Shown here piece after piece: positions 1 to 9,640 of a stretch of DNA of 33,216 bases. Under the pieces are notes generated by a model that worked only from the letters and a program-made list of their open reading frames with translations, searched no databases and was not told the DNA's origin. Source of the stretch: Nemertoderma westbladi (lineage: Eukaryota > Animalia > Xenacoelomorpha); NCBI GenBank assembly GCA_032718475.1, contig JAUCBJ010002301.1:1-33216 (forward strand). The letters are read 5' to 3'. The position numbers were made by a program, and so were the translations under genes. Numbering within the stretch: the stretch's first letter is position 1; each line of letters begins with the position of its first letter.

Positions 1-3000
1 TGGCTTACTGGGTTTAGGAACGTAATGGTGAGTTAAGTAATACGTTCTTTCAGTCACAGGTGTTTCTTCCGGTACTCTCTCCGCGTATCCCTTACTAATA
101 AATTTTTCCAGCTGTGTTTGATACATTGCTTTAGCTGAAGAATTAGCCATAAGGCGTCGATGGAGTTGCGCGATTCTTTTTTCCGCCAAAGGTCTGTTAT
201 TGATGAACTTCGGTTCTCTCTTGCGAAAAGGTAAACCGACTTCATACCTGCCTTGATCTTTGAGGAAACGTGTAGTTGTCTCTTGGATCTGTTTGGCCCT
301 TTCCTCTTCCACCGATAAGGCTTTATCGTAGGAATTGGGCTCTACCGCCTCTTGCGTAAAGAATCGTACAGCATGTTCATCTCGAGTCTTGGCATTGCAA
401 CGCTCAATGACGTCATTTAACTCGTCGTTATAAGCTTCTCGTTCAGATGGATAGAGAAGTTGACATAAGTTCACTTGGTTTTGCCAAGCCTCGTTTTCCT
501 TAAGGAGATCGATGGTATTCTCCTCATCAAAAAGCTGGTGAATGTCGTCGTTATCTGAGGAGTATGGGGTTCCCTCAGTTAAATCGTCTCCCTCACTAGT
601 ATCGTCTTCCCATTCACTCACCTGGTAGACGCGCTCTTGCGGTAGTCTTTCTCTGAGTGTTCTACGGGAAGGGCCAGTAAAGTACCAACCTACTCTAGTT
701 CTTACCGCATAGGTCTGTAGTGGCTGCGGTTGAGCAGGCCGTTTCTCCAATGTCTCCAGCACCTCATGCGCGTTTTGGCCGATGAGTATTTGCACTCCAG
801 GATAATCAGTCTGGAATCGAGGTATCTTAAGATGTTGGATGCTCTCATCCTCGTCCCAATTATAAAGGTCTGCTTGAGTAGTAGCGAAGTTCTTTATAGC
901 CACCATCTTCACCGACCTTATGCTATGTTCTCCTAGTTCGTCTTGTGGGGTGGACAACGCGCCTATATAATAATCAGCTGTTACTGTAGATTTCCAAACT
1001 TGCATAATGCCGGACATGTTTAGCTTAGTTCGGAACTTGGGTTGTTCATCGAATATGTCTTCGGCTAGTTCTTTATCAATGAATGTTCCTGTGCTGCCGG
1101 AGTCCAGGAGGGCGTTCACGACATAACTCCGTTTAGGTCCGTGAACCCTTACCTGCACCACAGGAAACTCTCGGATCCCTACATTGGAAGATGACTCTTT
1201 CCAAGATGGTTGTCGTTCAGAAGTAGTTAGAGTGAAGTCGCTGTCTGTATCCTTTTCATATGTGAGTGCTCGATACACGGCGGTATTTATCATATAACAG
1301 GATTCGTTTTCGTCGGAGAACTCGTCCGTATAGAATCCTTCCATCTCAGATTGATCAGTGTCGTTCACATCACTGAATTGGACATGTAGTTCGGAATCAC
1401 TTACCTGATTCGGACTATTTCGCTCGAATTCAGCGTGCAACAAGATATGATGTTTCGCACCACACTTTGCACACCTTATGTCAGAGAAACAGGTTCGCCG
1501 TTGGTGTCCTTGACTGAGGCAATTATAACATAACCGCTTATCCCACATGACTTCTCGTCTCTCTGATAATGATTTCTTCAGGAATTCATCACACATATTC
1601 AAACGGTGGGTCCCGTCGCACAGCGCACATTTCGGTTTGATGTTACTTACCTTATTTTGGGTAACATTGTGTACACTTGCTTTTTCTTCGGGCTTTCTCA
1701 CCTGAATTCTCTTGGGAGACGTAGGAGGAGTTTTTCTTACCTGTTCTCTCCTGTCATTTGTTTGAGACTTGAATTTACTTACCTGATCTTTAGGCATTTT
1801 ATTCACGTAATAAGATCTATCAGTGTCCTTCCCGCTATCTTCTCCTTGAGAAGTCTGGCTTTCGCCGTCGTCTGTATAACACACTGGTGTTACCTTTCTC
1901 CTAGAGACGGGTTTTTCACTTACCTTGTTTTCCGGTGTCTTCTCTCGGGACTGCTTGAGGAGTTGCAATTTCACTTCTCCATCCAAGAATGACATGAGAT
2001 CAGCCATGGTAGGGTCTCGTCGTTGTTGTTCCATCATATATAGTACTTTCTTATCCCAGCGTGTGCCTACCCCACCTTTCGGTAAAGTAGAAGCCACAGC
2101 TCCAATGACCATAGAACTTTGGTATTCATGAGACTTACCTAACCAATCTAATTGTCTACAGATCTCTTGAATCTCATCGGAAAACTCTATTATCCCACTG
2201 CTGATGAACTTTCTGGGCGCTACTAATTTTGCATATAAATACTTAGCGATATTATTCCTATTACCATACCTGATGTTTAGTGAATCCCAAACTTGTCTTA
2301 ATCCGTCTGGATGTCCAATAAACTTTAACGCCATTAACTTGGGAGATCCTTCCAAGCACTCGATGAGGTATCTAAGTTTTTCTCCATTAGATAGTACAGA
2401 GTTCTGTATGTTATCTTTGTAATATTCATTAAAAGGTAACCATTTCATCTCATCTCCATTGAACTTGACGATCTCTCCCACCTTTACCGCTTGCCGGGCT
2501 TCGGTTCTAGCCATTTGACGCGTAAAACTTTCTTGGGCCATCGTGTTATTTAATATCGAGTTATCGGTATATAAATTTCTCGGATTATGATCAGTTCTAT
2601 AGGGAATGTCATTATCAACAAGTCTATAATTACCCTTAATAGGGTTCACTATAGGAGTTTCTACTTCGCTAGCAGTATATATGCGTGTAGGCTCCACACC
2701 TTGCGCATGAGATACTTCAGACCTAACAGGTTGACACATTGTTACAGGGGGTGGTGGTATACCCCTTTGTGTATTTACTAATTTATCGCGTTCGAGCGCG
2801 ATACTTTGCTGCACTTCTTGCAACTCTAGCCTACTTTCCCTTACTGTGTCCTTGAATTGCTGAACCGTCTCCTGCATCTGCCCGAGCAGGAGATCCATCC
2901 CCCGCCGTCTCTCGTCCACCCATTCGACCGCCGAAACGGGAGTCGCCAACGTTGTAGCGAGCGGACGAGGGACAACGGGCGACAAATCAGGAATATTTCG

Positions 3001-4839
3001 CTCGGGGTCCAGGACCTGAACTGTCTCCTGGGCAGTTCTACGGGGCACAGGTAGCTTAGTGCTATGCAGAGGGAATTTAGAGGTAGTTTCAGGGAGCACA
3101 GGTGTGTCTATCACCGAAGGGGTGATTTCAAGAACAGGCCTAATTATTTCAGGCTCATCTACTATAGTAGGGAGTCTTTCTATTTTAATTATTTGGTCTG
3201 TGGGCTCTGTACTACCTAAGTTGGTGTTATTTAGTTGCCTTCTAACAGCTGGAGGCAAATCAGGCAATTTCTGACGGTGGAATGTTCTTTTACGTCTGCT
3301 TAGACGAGATCTATTTCCTTTGCCTTCAGTATCGGTGGTATCGCCTTCCTCAGATGATGTATATCCCTGTCTTTTGGGAGTAGATCGATTCATCATCTGC
3401 ATATTACTAGCTGCTAACTGTTTATTTATGCAGTCTTGATTCTCCTGAATGTTTTCCAATTCTAATTGGGTGGTTTCTTCAGCCGCTTTCCGTTCTGCTT
3501 CTGCCACTTTTGCCTCTGCCTCTGCCGCTGCCTCTGCCGCTTTTGCCTCTGCCGCTGCCTCTGCCGCTGCCTCTGCCGCTTTTGCCTTGGCCGCTGCCTC
3601 TGCCGCTTTTGCCTTGGCCGCTGCCGCCTTTCTTTCTGCTTCTGCAGCTACCACTGCTGCTTTCTTTCTGTCTTCTATACGTTTTTTCTTTACTTGTTCT
3701 TCTTGGACTCGTGTGATGCGGAGTTGTTCATCAAATTTAGCCTGATTCGCAGCCCTCATTTCCACATCGATGGCATCCAACACAAGCTTGGTTCCTTCAC
3801 TATTAGGGCTAAGTCCCTCTAACCTTCTCCTCAACTCGTCATCACCTAAAAAACGTTGATAGTCTGACAGATAGATGTCAATGGCATCCCTCTTATGCGG
3901 TTTCTCTGCCGTCGCTTCACTTTCCACTTGGGAAAAAGTAGCGTCTGTTGATTCTCCATGGGTTGAGCGCTCCTCCAGCTGAGCTTTCCACTGAGCTGTT
4001 CCTTGAACCTGGAGACTCACCCTTTGAAACCAAGTCTTTACGGCAACTTGCAACGACGTGTCTTGCCTTCGTTTAGAAGCCTCCTCAAAGGCCGATAATA
4101 TTAGCCTGATTCGTAGAATTCTTTCTCTAACTTGATAAAGCAGTTGTCCCTGCTCTTGAGGTCCTTGTGGTTGTTGAAACAGTTGTCCTTTTACTCGCTC
4201 CATAGAGCTGAAGAATCCCTGTGCGTATCCGGCTGCGGACCTCTTCCACACAGCGGGATCTATGGTTTCTTTGGCTACTCCCATCCGATGTATGTCTTCC
4301 CAGGCAGCTTCTGATAAATCAAACGGGAGTCCGGGTCCGGGGAAGTTCCATTGCGACTCGACAATAGACTTCAGTTCTTCACTCGTGTATCCCGCATAAT
4401 TATCTTTAGTTGATCGTTGACTTCTCGCCCAATCGATCTGGTGTTCTTCCACTGCTATCAATAACCTAGTGAGTATGGCTGCAGGAAGGATGAGAAGGGG
4501 ATCCGAATAAACCGCATCCATCATCTTTGCTCCGCGTTCTGGTGTCAGTTCTACAGTATCCTCACTACTGGAGCTGTTGGGCCGTTGAGAAGTAAGTTCT
4601 TGGCTCGCGGGTTGTTGCTGTTCCGCTGCTTCTTGGTCCCGCTTGACCTGAGCTCGAGTTCCTATGATAGACCTACGATGTTGGACCAGCCTAGGTTCTG
4701 TTATTACTACTGGAGGGATGACCTTCCTCACAGTGGGAGGTGAACTGAACTTACGACTAGACGGTTCTACATCTCTATCTGAGTCGCAGATAGTTACATC
4801 TAATAAACTGTCTGACAGGTTCTGCTTAGTATCAGACAT
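1..4839 (-). CDS. BEL/Pao LTR retrotransposon gag-pol polyprotein (Gag, aspartic protease, start of reverse transcriptase); runs off the window start
   Basis: Manual translation from the ATG at 4839 (MSDTKQNLSDS...). DUF1759-type Gag core FNGDEMKWLPFNEYYKDNIQNSVLSNGEKLRYLIECLEG starts near 2465. The BEL-type triple Zn knuckle CALCDGTHRLNMC / CYNCLSQGHQRRTC / CAKCGAKHHILLH lies at ~1435-1630, and protease NALLDSGSTGTFI at ~1078-1116. The RT N-terminus GRYEVGLPF...KGYAERVP...YYLTHHYVPKPSKP spans ~252-1. The ATG, protease and RT segments share one frame, and the ORF track lists no stop-terminated ORF in it. Confidence 0.95.
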   Translation of the reverse strand, partial: MSDTKQNLSDSLLDVTICDSDRDVEPSSRKFSSPPTVRKVIPPVVITEPRLVQHRRSIIGTRAQVKRDQEAAEQQQPASQELTSQRPNSSSSEDTVELTPERGAKMMDAVYSDPLLILPAAILTRLLIAVEEHQIDWARSQRSTKDNYAGYTSEELKSIVESQWNFPGPGLPFDLSEAAWEDIHRMGVAKETIDPAVWKRSAAGYAQGFFSSMERVKGQLFQQPQGPQEQGQLLYQVRERILRIRLILSAFEEASKRRQDTSLQVAVKTWFQRVSLQVQGTAQWKAQLEERSTHGESTDATFSQVESEATAEKPHKRDAIDIYLSDYQRFLGDDELRRRLEGLSPNSEGTKLVLDAIDVEMRAANQAKFDEQLRITRVQEEQVKKKRIEDRKKAAVVAAEAERKAAAAKAKAAEAAAKAKAAEAAAEAAAEAKAAEAAAEAEAKVAEAERKAAEETTQLELENIQENQDCINKQLAASNMQMMNRSTPKRQGYTSSEEGDTTDTEGKGNRSRLSRRKRTFHRQKLPDLPPAVRRQLNNTNLGSTEPTDQIIKIERLPTIVDEPEIIRPVLEITPSVIDTPVLPETTSKFPLHSTKLPVPRRTAQETVQVLDPERNIPDLSPVVPRPLATTLATPVSAVEWVDERRRGMDLLLGQMQETVQQFKDTVRESRLELQEVQQSIALERDKLVNTQRGIPPPPVTMCQPVRSEVSHAQGVEPTRIYTASEVETPIVNPIKGNYRLVDNDIPYRTDHNPRNLYTDNSILNNTMAQESFTRQMARTEARQAVKVGEIVKFNGDEMKWLPFNEYYKDNIQNSVLSNGEKLRYLIECLEGSPKLMALKFIGHPDGLRQVWDSLNIRYGNRNNIAKYLYAKLVAPRKFISSGIIEFSDEIQEICRQLDWLGKSHEYQSSMVIGAVASTLPKGGVGTRWDKKVLYMMEQQRRDPTMADLMSFLDGEVKLQLLKQSREKTPENKVSEKPVSRRKVTPVCYTDDGESQTSQGEDSGKDTDRSYYVNKMPKDQVSKFKSQTNDRREQVRKTPPTSPKRIQVRKPEEKASVHNVTQNKVSNIKPKCALCDGTHRLNMCDEFLKKSLSERREVMWDKRLCYNCLSQGHQRRTCFSDIRCAKCGAKHHILLHAEFERNSPNQVSDSELHVQFSDVNDTDQSEMEGFYTDEFSDENESCYMINTAVYRALTYEKDTDSDFTLTTSERQPSWKESSSNVGIREFPVVQVRVHGPKRSYVVNALLDSGSTGTFIDKELAEDIFDEQPKFRTKLNMSGIMQVWKSTVTADYYIGALSTPQDELGEHSIRSVKMVAIKNFATTQADLYNWDEDESIQHLKIPRFQTDYPGVQILIGQNAHEVLETLEKRPAQPQPLQTYAVRTRVGWYFTGPSRRTLRERLPQERVYQVSEWEDDTSEGDDLTEGTPYSSDNDDIHQLFDEENTIDLLKENEAWQNQVNLCQLLYPSEREAYNDELNDVIERCNAKTRDEHAVRFFTQEAVEPNSYDKALSVEEERAKQIQETTTRFLKDQGRYEVGLPFRKREPKFINNRPLAEKRIAQLHRRLMANSSAKAMYQTQLEKFISKGYAERVPEETPVTERTYYLTHHYVPKPSKP
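3475..3670 (-). repeat. Coding low-complexity Ala/Glu/Lys repeat in Gag
   Basis: Plus-strand GCCGCTGCCTCT/GCCGCTTTTGCC repeats translate on the minus strand as RKKAAVVAAEAERKAAAAKAKAAEAAAKAKAAEAAAEAAAEAKAAEAAAEAEAKVAEAERKAAEE. Confidence 0.9.
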
Positions 4840-4959
4840 GTTTGTGTGTACAGTTGAATGCCTACTGCTATATTACAGTCTGAGCAAGTCTAGTAATTCA
4901 GTATTAACTGCTAGCCTAGTAATTAATTACCGATACTGCTACTCAGTGTAGCGTGATAT

Positions 4960-5220
4960 ATATATAATATATTAGAATACCGGTATACTTATAGTATATA
5001 TAAGTATTATTACAGACTAGGTTTATCACAGAATACCGGTATAATTTTAGCACAAATATATATAAATATATAATAGGCCTATCGGGAATACCGGTATACA
5101 GCTTACAGTTTGTAGTATATATAATTCTGGACTAGAATTAATTACAAGTACCGGTATAATTTCAGCCTAAATTTATAGAAATAAAGATAATAGGCCTATC
5201 GTAAATACCGGTATATCAAT
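4960..5220. repeat. Degenerate ~57-bp tandem repeat (dimer ~116 bp) with palindromic TACCGGTA core
   Basis: TACCGGTA at 4978, 5034, 5089, 5149, 5206; TAATAGGCCTATCG at 5071 and 5188. Confidence 0.8.
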
Positions 5221-6147
5221 TATTTTAAATAATTGAATTTCTGAATTTTAGGGTTACTTGGTTACTTTACTTACTTTATTACCGTTATTTGAGCAGTAGT
5301 CCAACTGATATTGAGACCTAATGGTTGTATGGTAGGCCTACTATTTATAAATCGTTAGATTTGATTTATAATATATATACCCGTTTTAATGGGTTTTGTC
5401 AATATTTGAAATAAATGTTATTATTTCTGGGGAGTAATCACTACACAAAGCGGTGCGCTTTCAGTGAAGTGTTACTTATAGGACACTAAAACAAATAATG
5501 CTAATTTACCTAAGTTACTTAATACTACAAATTACGTACAATTCGGGTGAGATTACAATCTCTAAATAAACACAAAAATTTACAAAAACATAAAATACAA
5601 ATTTTCAGGGTAATTTTACAAGAAGTCTACAAACCAGCCTAACAAAGGGTTAGAAATCTGGTTATTACAACGGACAGGGTACTACGGTATTTGAAAATAA
5701 TAAGTAGTAGTAAATACACTGCGTTGTCCAGATAGGAAAATACCACCGTCTGACGACCTATAGCCGTATCGCTATAGGTACTACGTTATGTATCACGGAG
5801 TGTTCCTACCTAGAAGTTAATAGAGCTAATCGAACGTGCCTATCAACCACTTTACAACACAAATATAATGCCTACACTAATTACTTTCGGAAAGCACTGT
5901 ACACTAAACCCTAAATTAGGTACGAGTACTTGTACAACAGATAATCAGTAGTTAAATATACTTGAACAGCTAAAAGAACCACGGCATCTGCTGGAGTGAC
6001 CGGTGCACAAAATCACCAGTCTTTACCTACGCCAAGCAGCCCGTGTAGTACCGGGGTTAATTTAACTATAGCGGTATGTATAACAAACACAATTACTGTA
6101 GGAACAAACTTGGGGAATGAATGTTGCGGATAATCGCATAAACTCTG

Positions 6148-6720
6148 AATAATAAATATTACGCTACGCGTACAAACCACTCAAACAAAATGCAGACCAA
6201 ACGCTGACAGACTACTATCAAGCCTAAATAAACTACAGGACATGCAGACTCCGAAATGATTAGGTAGTATGCGTTCTAACCCAGTAGTACGACTTATTCT
6301 TTAGTTGGGGGTTTACCTTACAGCATTCGCTGCCCCTACTTCCTAACCGTTCTTTATCGGACAGGTGATCTACACACACTGCAATCCGTTCAGACCTAAC
6401 AACAGCCAGACAACTATTCAGCCTACAAATTATCTAAATAAATATTATACGCTACCCGTACAGACTTACACAAACAAAGTACAGACTAAACGATGGCAGA
6501 CTACTCTCAAGCCTAAATAAACTACAGGACATGCAGACTCCGAAATGATTAGGTAGTATGCGTTCTAACCCAGTAGTACGACTTATTCTTTAGTTGGGGG
6601 TTTACCTTACAGCATTCGCTGCCCCTACTTCCTAACCGTTCTTTATCGGACAGGTGATCTACACACACTGCAATCCGTTCGGACTTAACAGCAATCAGAC
6701 AACAGCTCAGCCTACAAATT
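6148..6720. repeat. 289-bp direct tandem duplication
   Basis: CAGACTACT at 6208 and 6497; copies end in CAGCCTACAAATT at 6431 and 6720; the central ~170 bp is essentially identical. Confidence 0.95.
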
Positions 6721-7557
6721 GTCTGTACAATCTGAGCAGGCTTACACGCCTTCTGCTCAATACTGGCCTACAAATAAATAAAACTTGACAGAAACAAGTA
6801 AACTATACAAAAGAATGAGGGGTGATCAATCCCTATTCCCCTGGCAGCCTACAGTATACAATAATCAAATCGAATAATACTAATGTACTTATACTGGAAG
6901 TACCGGTTAGGACAGTTGGGCCTACGGACCTACAGATGTACCGTTCAGGTTTACCGGTTGACCGGTACTTTCAACTTTATTGCTTACTGCAATAAAGAAG
7001 CAATATCCGTTATTGTTAGCGCTTTTAGACCTTTGGCAGTTTAACCCACCAAATTAGGATGTCTTCTAGATAATAAATCACTTTTAGTCTATGACAAGTA
7101 TTTAATTCACTACACTAGTCGAAACCAATCTGTGCGCGATCATTCACCCGCTGGATATACCCGGGAGATTGGGTTCGACGGCTTAATCTTATTGCTATGT
7201 AAGCTTAATGTATTATTCGACTGACAGTATTATATAATCTCTGACAATATTATTCACCTTCGGGGAATATTAACAGTTCCTTTAGGACGTGGCGCTCTAT
7301 CTATATACACAGAGTTATGACTTAAACTACTCACAACGATATGGCTTAGTTATAATTTACATATATGGCGCATTCTTTAGGAAATGCTTCGTTATCAGGT
7401 TCACTCATACACAATGCTGCACAATACTGCACACTGATCTGCCGATCTTCACTGATTTTAGTTATATATAAAAGGAACACGGACTGACTCATGTAGGGTC
7501 TATCAAATAACATTAGATTCACTTCAAACCACTTTAACATAAGTCACAATCGTTATA

Positions 7558-8312
7558 TGTAACCTTTCTCTCTTACCTTCGGTATATCAAGAATATTGGG
7601 TTTCGGGGTTATTTATCGTTATTCCAAATATAATAATTCATCAACCATATTATGAAGAACTGACAGTAAATAGCAGTATAACAATATAAAAGTATACACA
7701 GTGATTCAGTGTGTGTTAAGTTCATTAGTTTGTTTTGGTTTGATAACGGATATATGCCCTTTATAATTAAGCCTACTAGTGTTAGACTAAAACAGAAAAG
7801 CACAAAATATTTACAAGCCGTTCTCTCCTGGCTCAGGACAGAAAGACCAACAACACTGAAAACTGATAAGAATAACCTTATTTACAAAGGCTTCCACCCA
7901 ACACAGAGAAAGAGCATACAGATAGGAAAATTCAGTTCAGTAGATCTGTGATAGGTCGAAATCAAAATCAACTCAAATCCTATTGGCAGATACAGAAGCA
8001 GGGCTGTGGGGCAACTTTCCCAAGCTGGTTGGACAATCAAACGTAGCCCAGATCCCTTCGCACAGCGAATCAGCCAATCAGCCGGTAGCTTGCGCTATTC
8101 GAGTTATAGATCCCCTTTTAGAGTATTCAGCGCCTGGGGGGGAACTGGTTAACAAGGCAAACGAATCAGTTATCCCACAAAAGCTTTTACACACTGAATT
8201 ACGACACTATATTCTGGGACATGGTGTAATTACAGCACAGTGCTTTAAAAGTCATGGATTAGAATTTTAAAACGTCATCTGGTTTTGGCTAAAATACCAA
8301 ATATATGTAACA
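7558..8312 (-). promoter_or_regulatory. Candidate 5' LTR of the BEL/Pao element
   Basis: The minus strand starts TGTTAC at 8312 and could end GGTTACA at 7558; CCAAT-like boxes occur at ~7982 and ~8075. No primer-binding site was recognised and there is no second LTR to compare. Confidence 0.25.
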
Positions 8313-8675
8313 AAATATATCACACACAAATTGAGTAGTTAATAATAAATAAATAATTTAATTAAACTACAGTAGTTTTGTTATACAGTATTTTTGTATG
8401 CATAATACTTAATTGTATGGTGCAACTCTTAATTCTTCTTAATCTTAATTATCACGCATTTACTTAATTTACTGAGATTCATTTGTAAGTAATTGTATTT
8501 TTTTTTGCTAACCAATTAAGGACGATTTGCTGAGATAGCATTCCTAATAATAGTAGTTTATTATTGGAATATTATATATTGTTATGTATTTTTTATTACA
8601 AGAAAATAAAATAATAGCCTAACACATAAGGAATGTAAAAAGCTTAAGATAAATTTAATTAAAATTGAAAGTACA

Positions 8676-8707
8676 TACTCCCCTTGCGACGATGAGAGTT
8701 CCTACAC
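8676..8707. repeat. Orphan left end of the 27-bp satellite
   Basis: TACTCCCCTTGCGACGATGAGAGTTCCTACAC matches the satellite unit found from 15060 onward. Confidence 0.9.
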
Positions 8708-8710
8708 CAC

Positions 8711-9640
8711 GCCACACCGGACCCCGGCAGGGTCTGTAGCACCATACCGGACCACTGCTGGGTCTGTCACGCCACAGCGGACCCCGGCTGGGTCTGTCAC
8801 GCCACACCGGATCTCGGCTGGGTCTATGGCGCCACACCGGACCCCGGGAGGGCCTGTGGCGCCACACCAGACCCCGGCAGGGTCTACCGCGCCACACCGG
8901 ACCGCGGCAGGGTCTACCGCGCCACTCTGGACCCCGGCAAGGTCTGTAGCGCCACAACGGACCCCGGTAGGGTCTACCCCGCCACACCGGACCCCGGCAG
9001 GGTCTGTAGTACCACACCGGACCCCGGCAGGTTCTACCGCGCCACACCAGACCCCGGCAGGTTCTACCGCGCCACACCAGACCCAGGCAGGTTCTACCGC
9101 GCCACACCGGACCCCGGCAGGGTCTGTAGCACCATACCGGACCCCGGCAGGGTCTGTAGTACCACACCGGACCCCGGCAGGTTCTACCGCGCCACACCAG
9201 ACCCCGGCAGGTTCTACCGCGCCACACCAGACCCCGGCAGGTTCTACCGCGCCACACCGGACCCCGGCAGGGTCTACCGCGCCACTCCGGACCCCGGCAA
9301 GGTCTGTAGCGCCACAACGGACCCCGACAGGGTCTACCCCGCCACACCGGACCCCGGCAGGGTCTGTAGTACCACACCGGACCCCGGCAGGTTCTACCGC
9401 GCCACACCAGACCCCGGCAGGTTCTACCGCGCCACACCGGACCCCGGCAGGGTCTGTAGCACCATACCGGACCCCGGCAGGGTCTGTCGCGCCACACCAG
9501 ACCCCGGCAGGGTCTGTAGCACCATACCGGACCCCGGCAGGTTCTACCGCGCCACACCGGACCTCGGCAGGGTCTGTGGCGCCTCACCGGACCCTGGCCG
9601 GGTCTGTAGCGCCACACCAGACCCCGGCTGGGTCTGCCGC
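8711..9640 (+). repeat. 30-bp GC-rich minisatellite, 31 copies
   Basis: Unit GCCACACCGGACCCCGGCAGGGTCTGTAGC, in register with no indels. A variant block at 8921 recurs at 9281 (360 bp = 12 units). Confidence 0.97.

Larger units (their letters stand above)
1..8312 (-). mobile_element. BEL/Pao LTR retrotransposon, 5' part; upstream boundary tentative
   Basis: The gag-pol ORF plus upstream non-coding DNA of mixed composition, which gives way to very AT-rich flank after 8312. The minus strand begins TGTTAC there. The 3' LTR and TSD are outside the window. Confidence 0.55.

Noticed and set aside
730-4951. Many short plus-strand ORFs (poly-PL, CLCR, SAAA)
   Set aside because: Shadows of the minus-strand gag-pol.
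6026-6033. tRNA-Ser primer-binding site (CTACGCCA)
   Set aside because: Only 8 nt match and no LTR end is adjacent.
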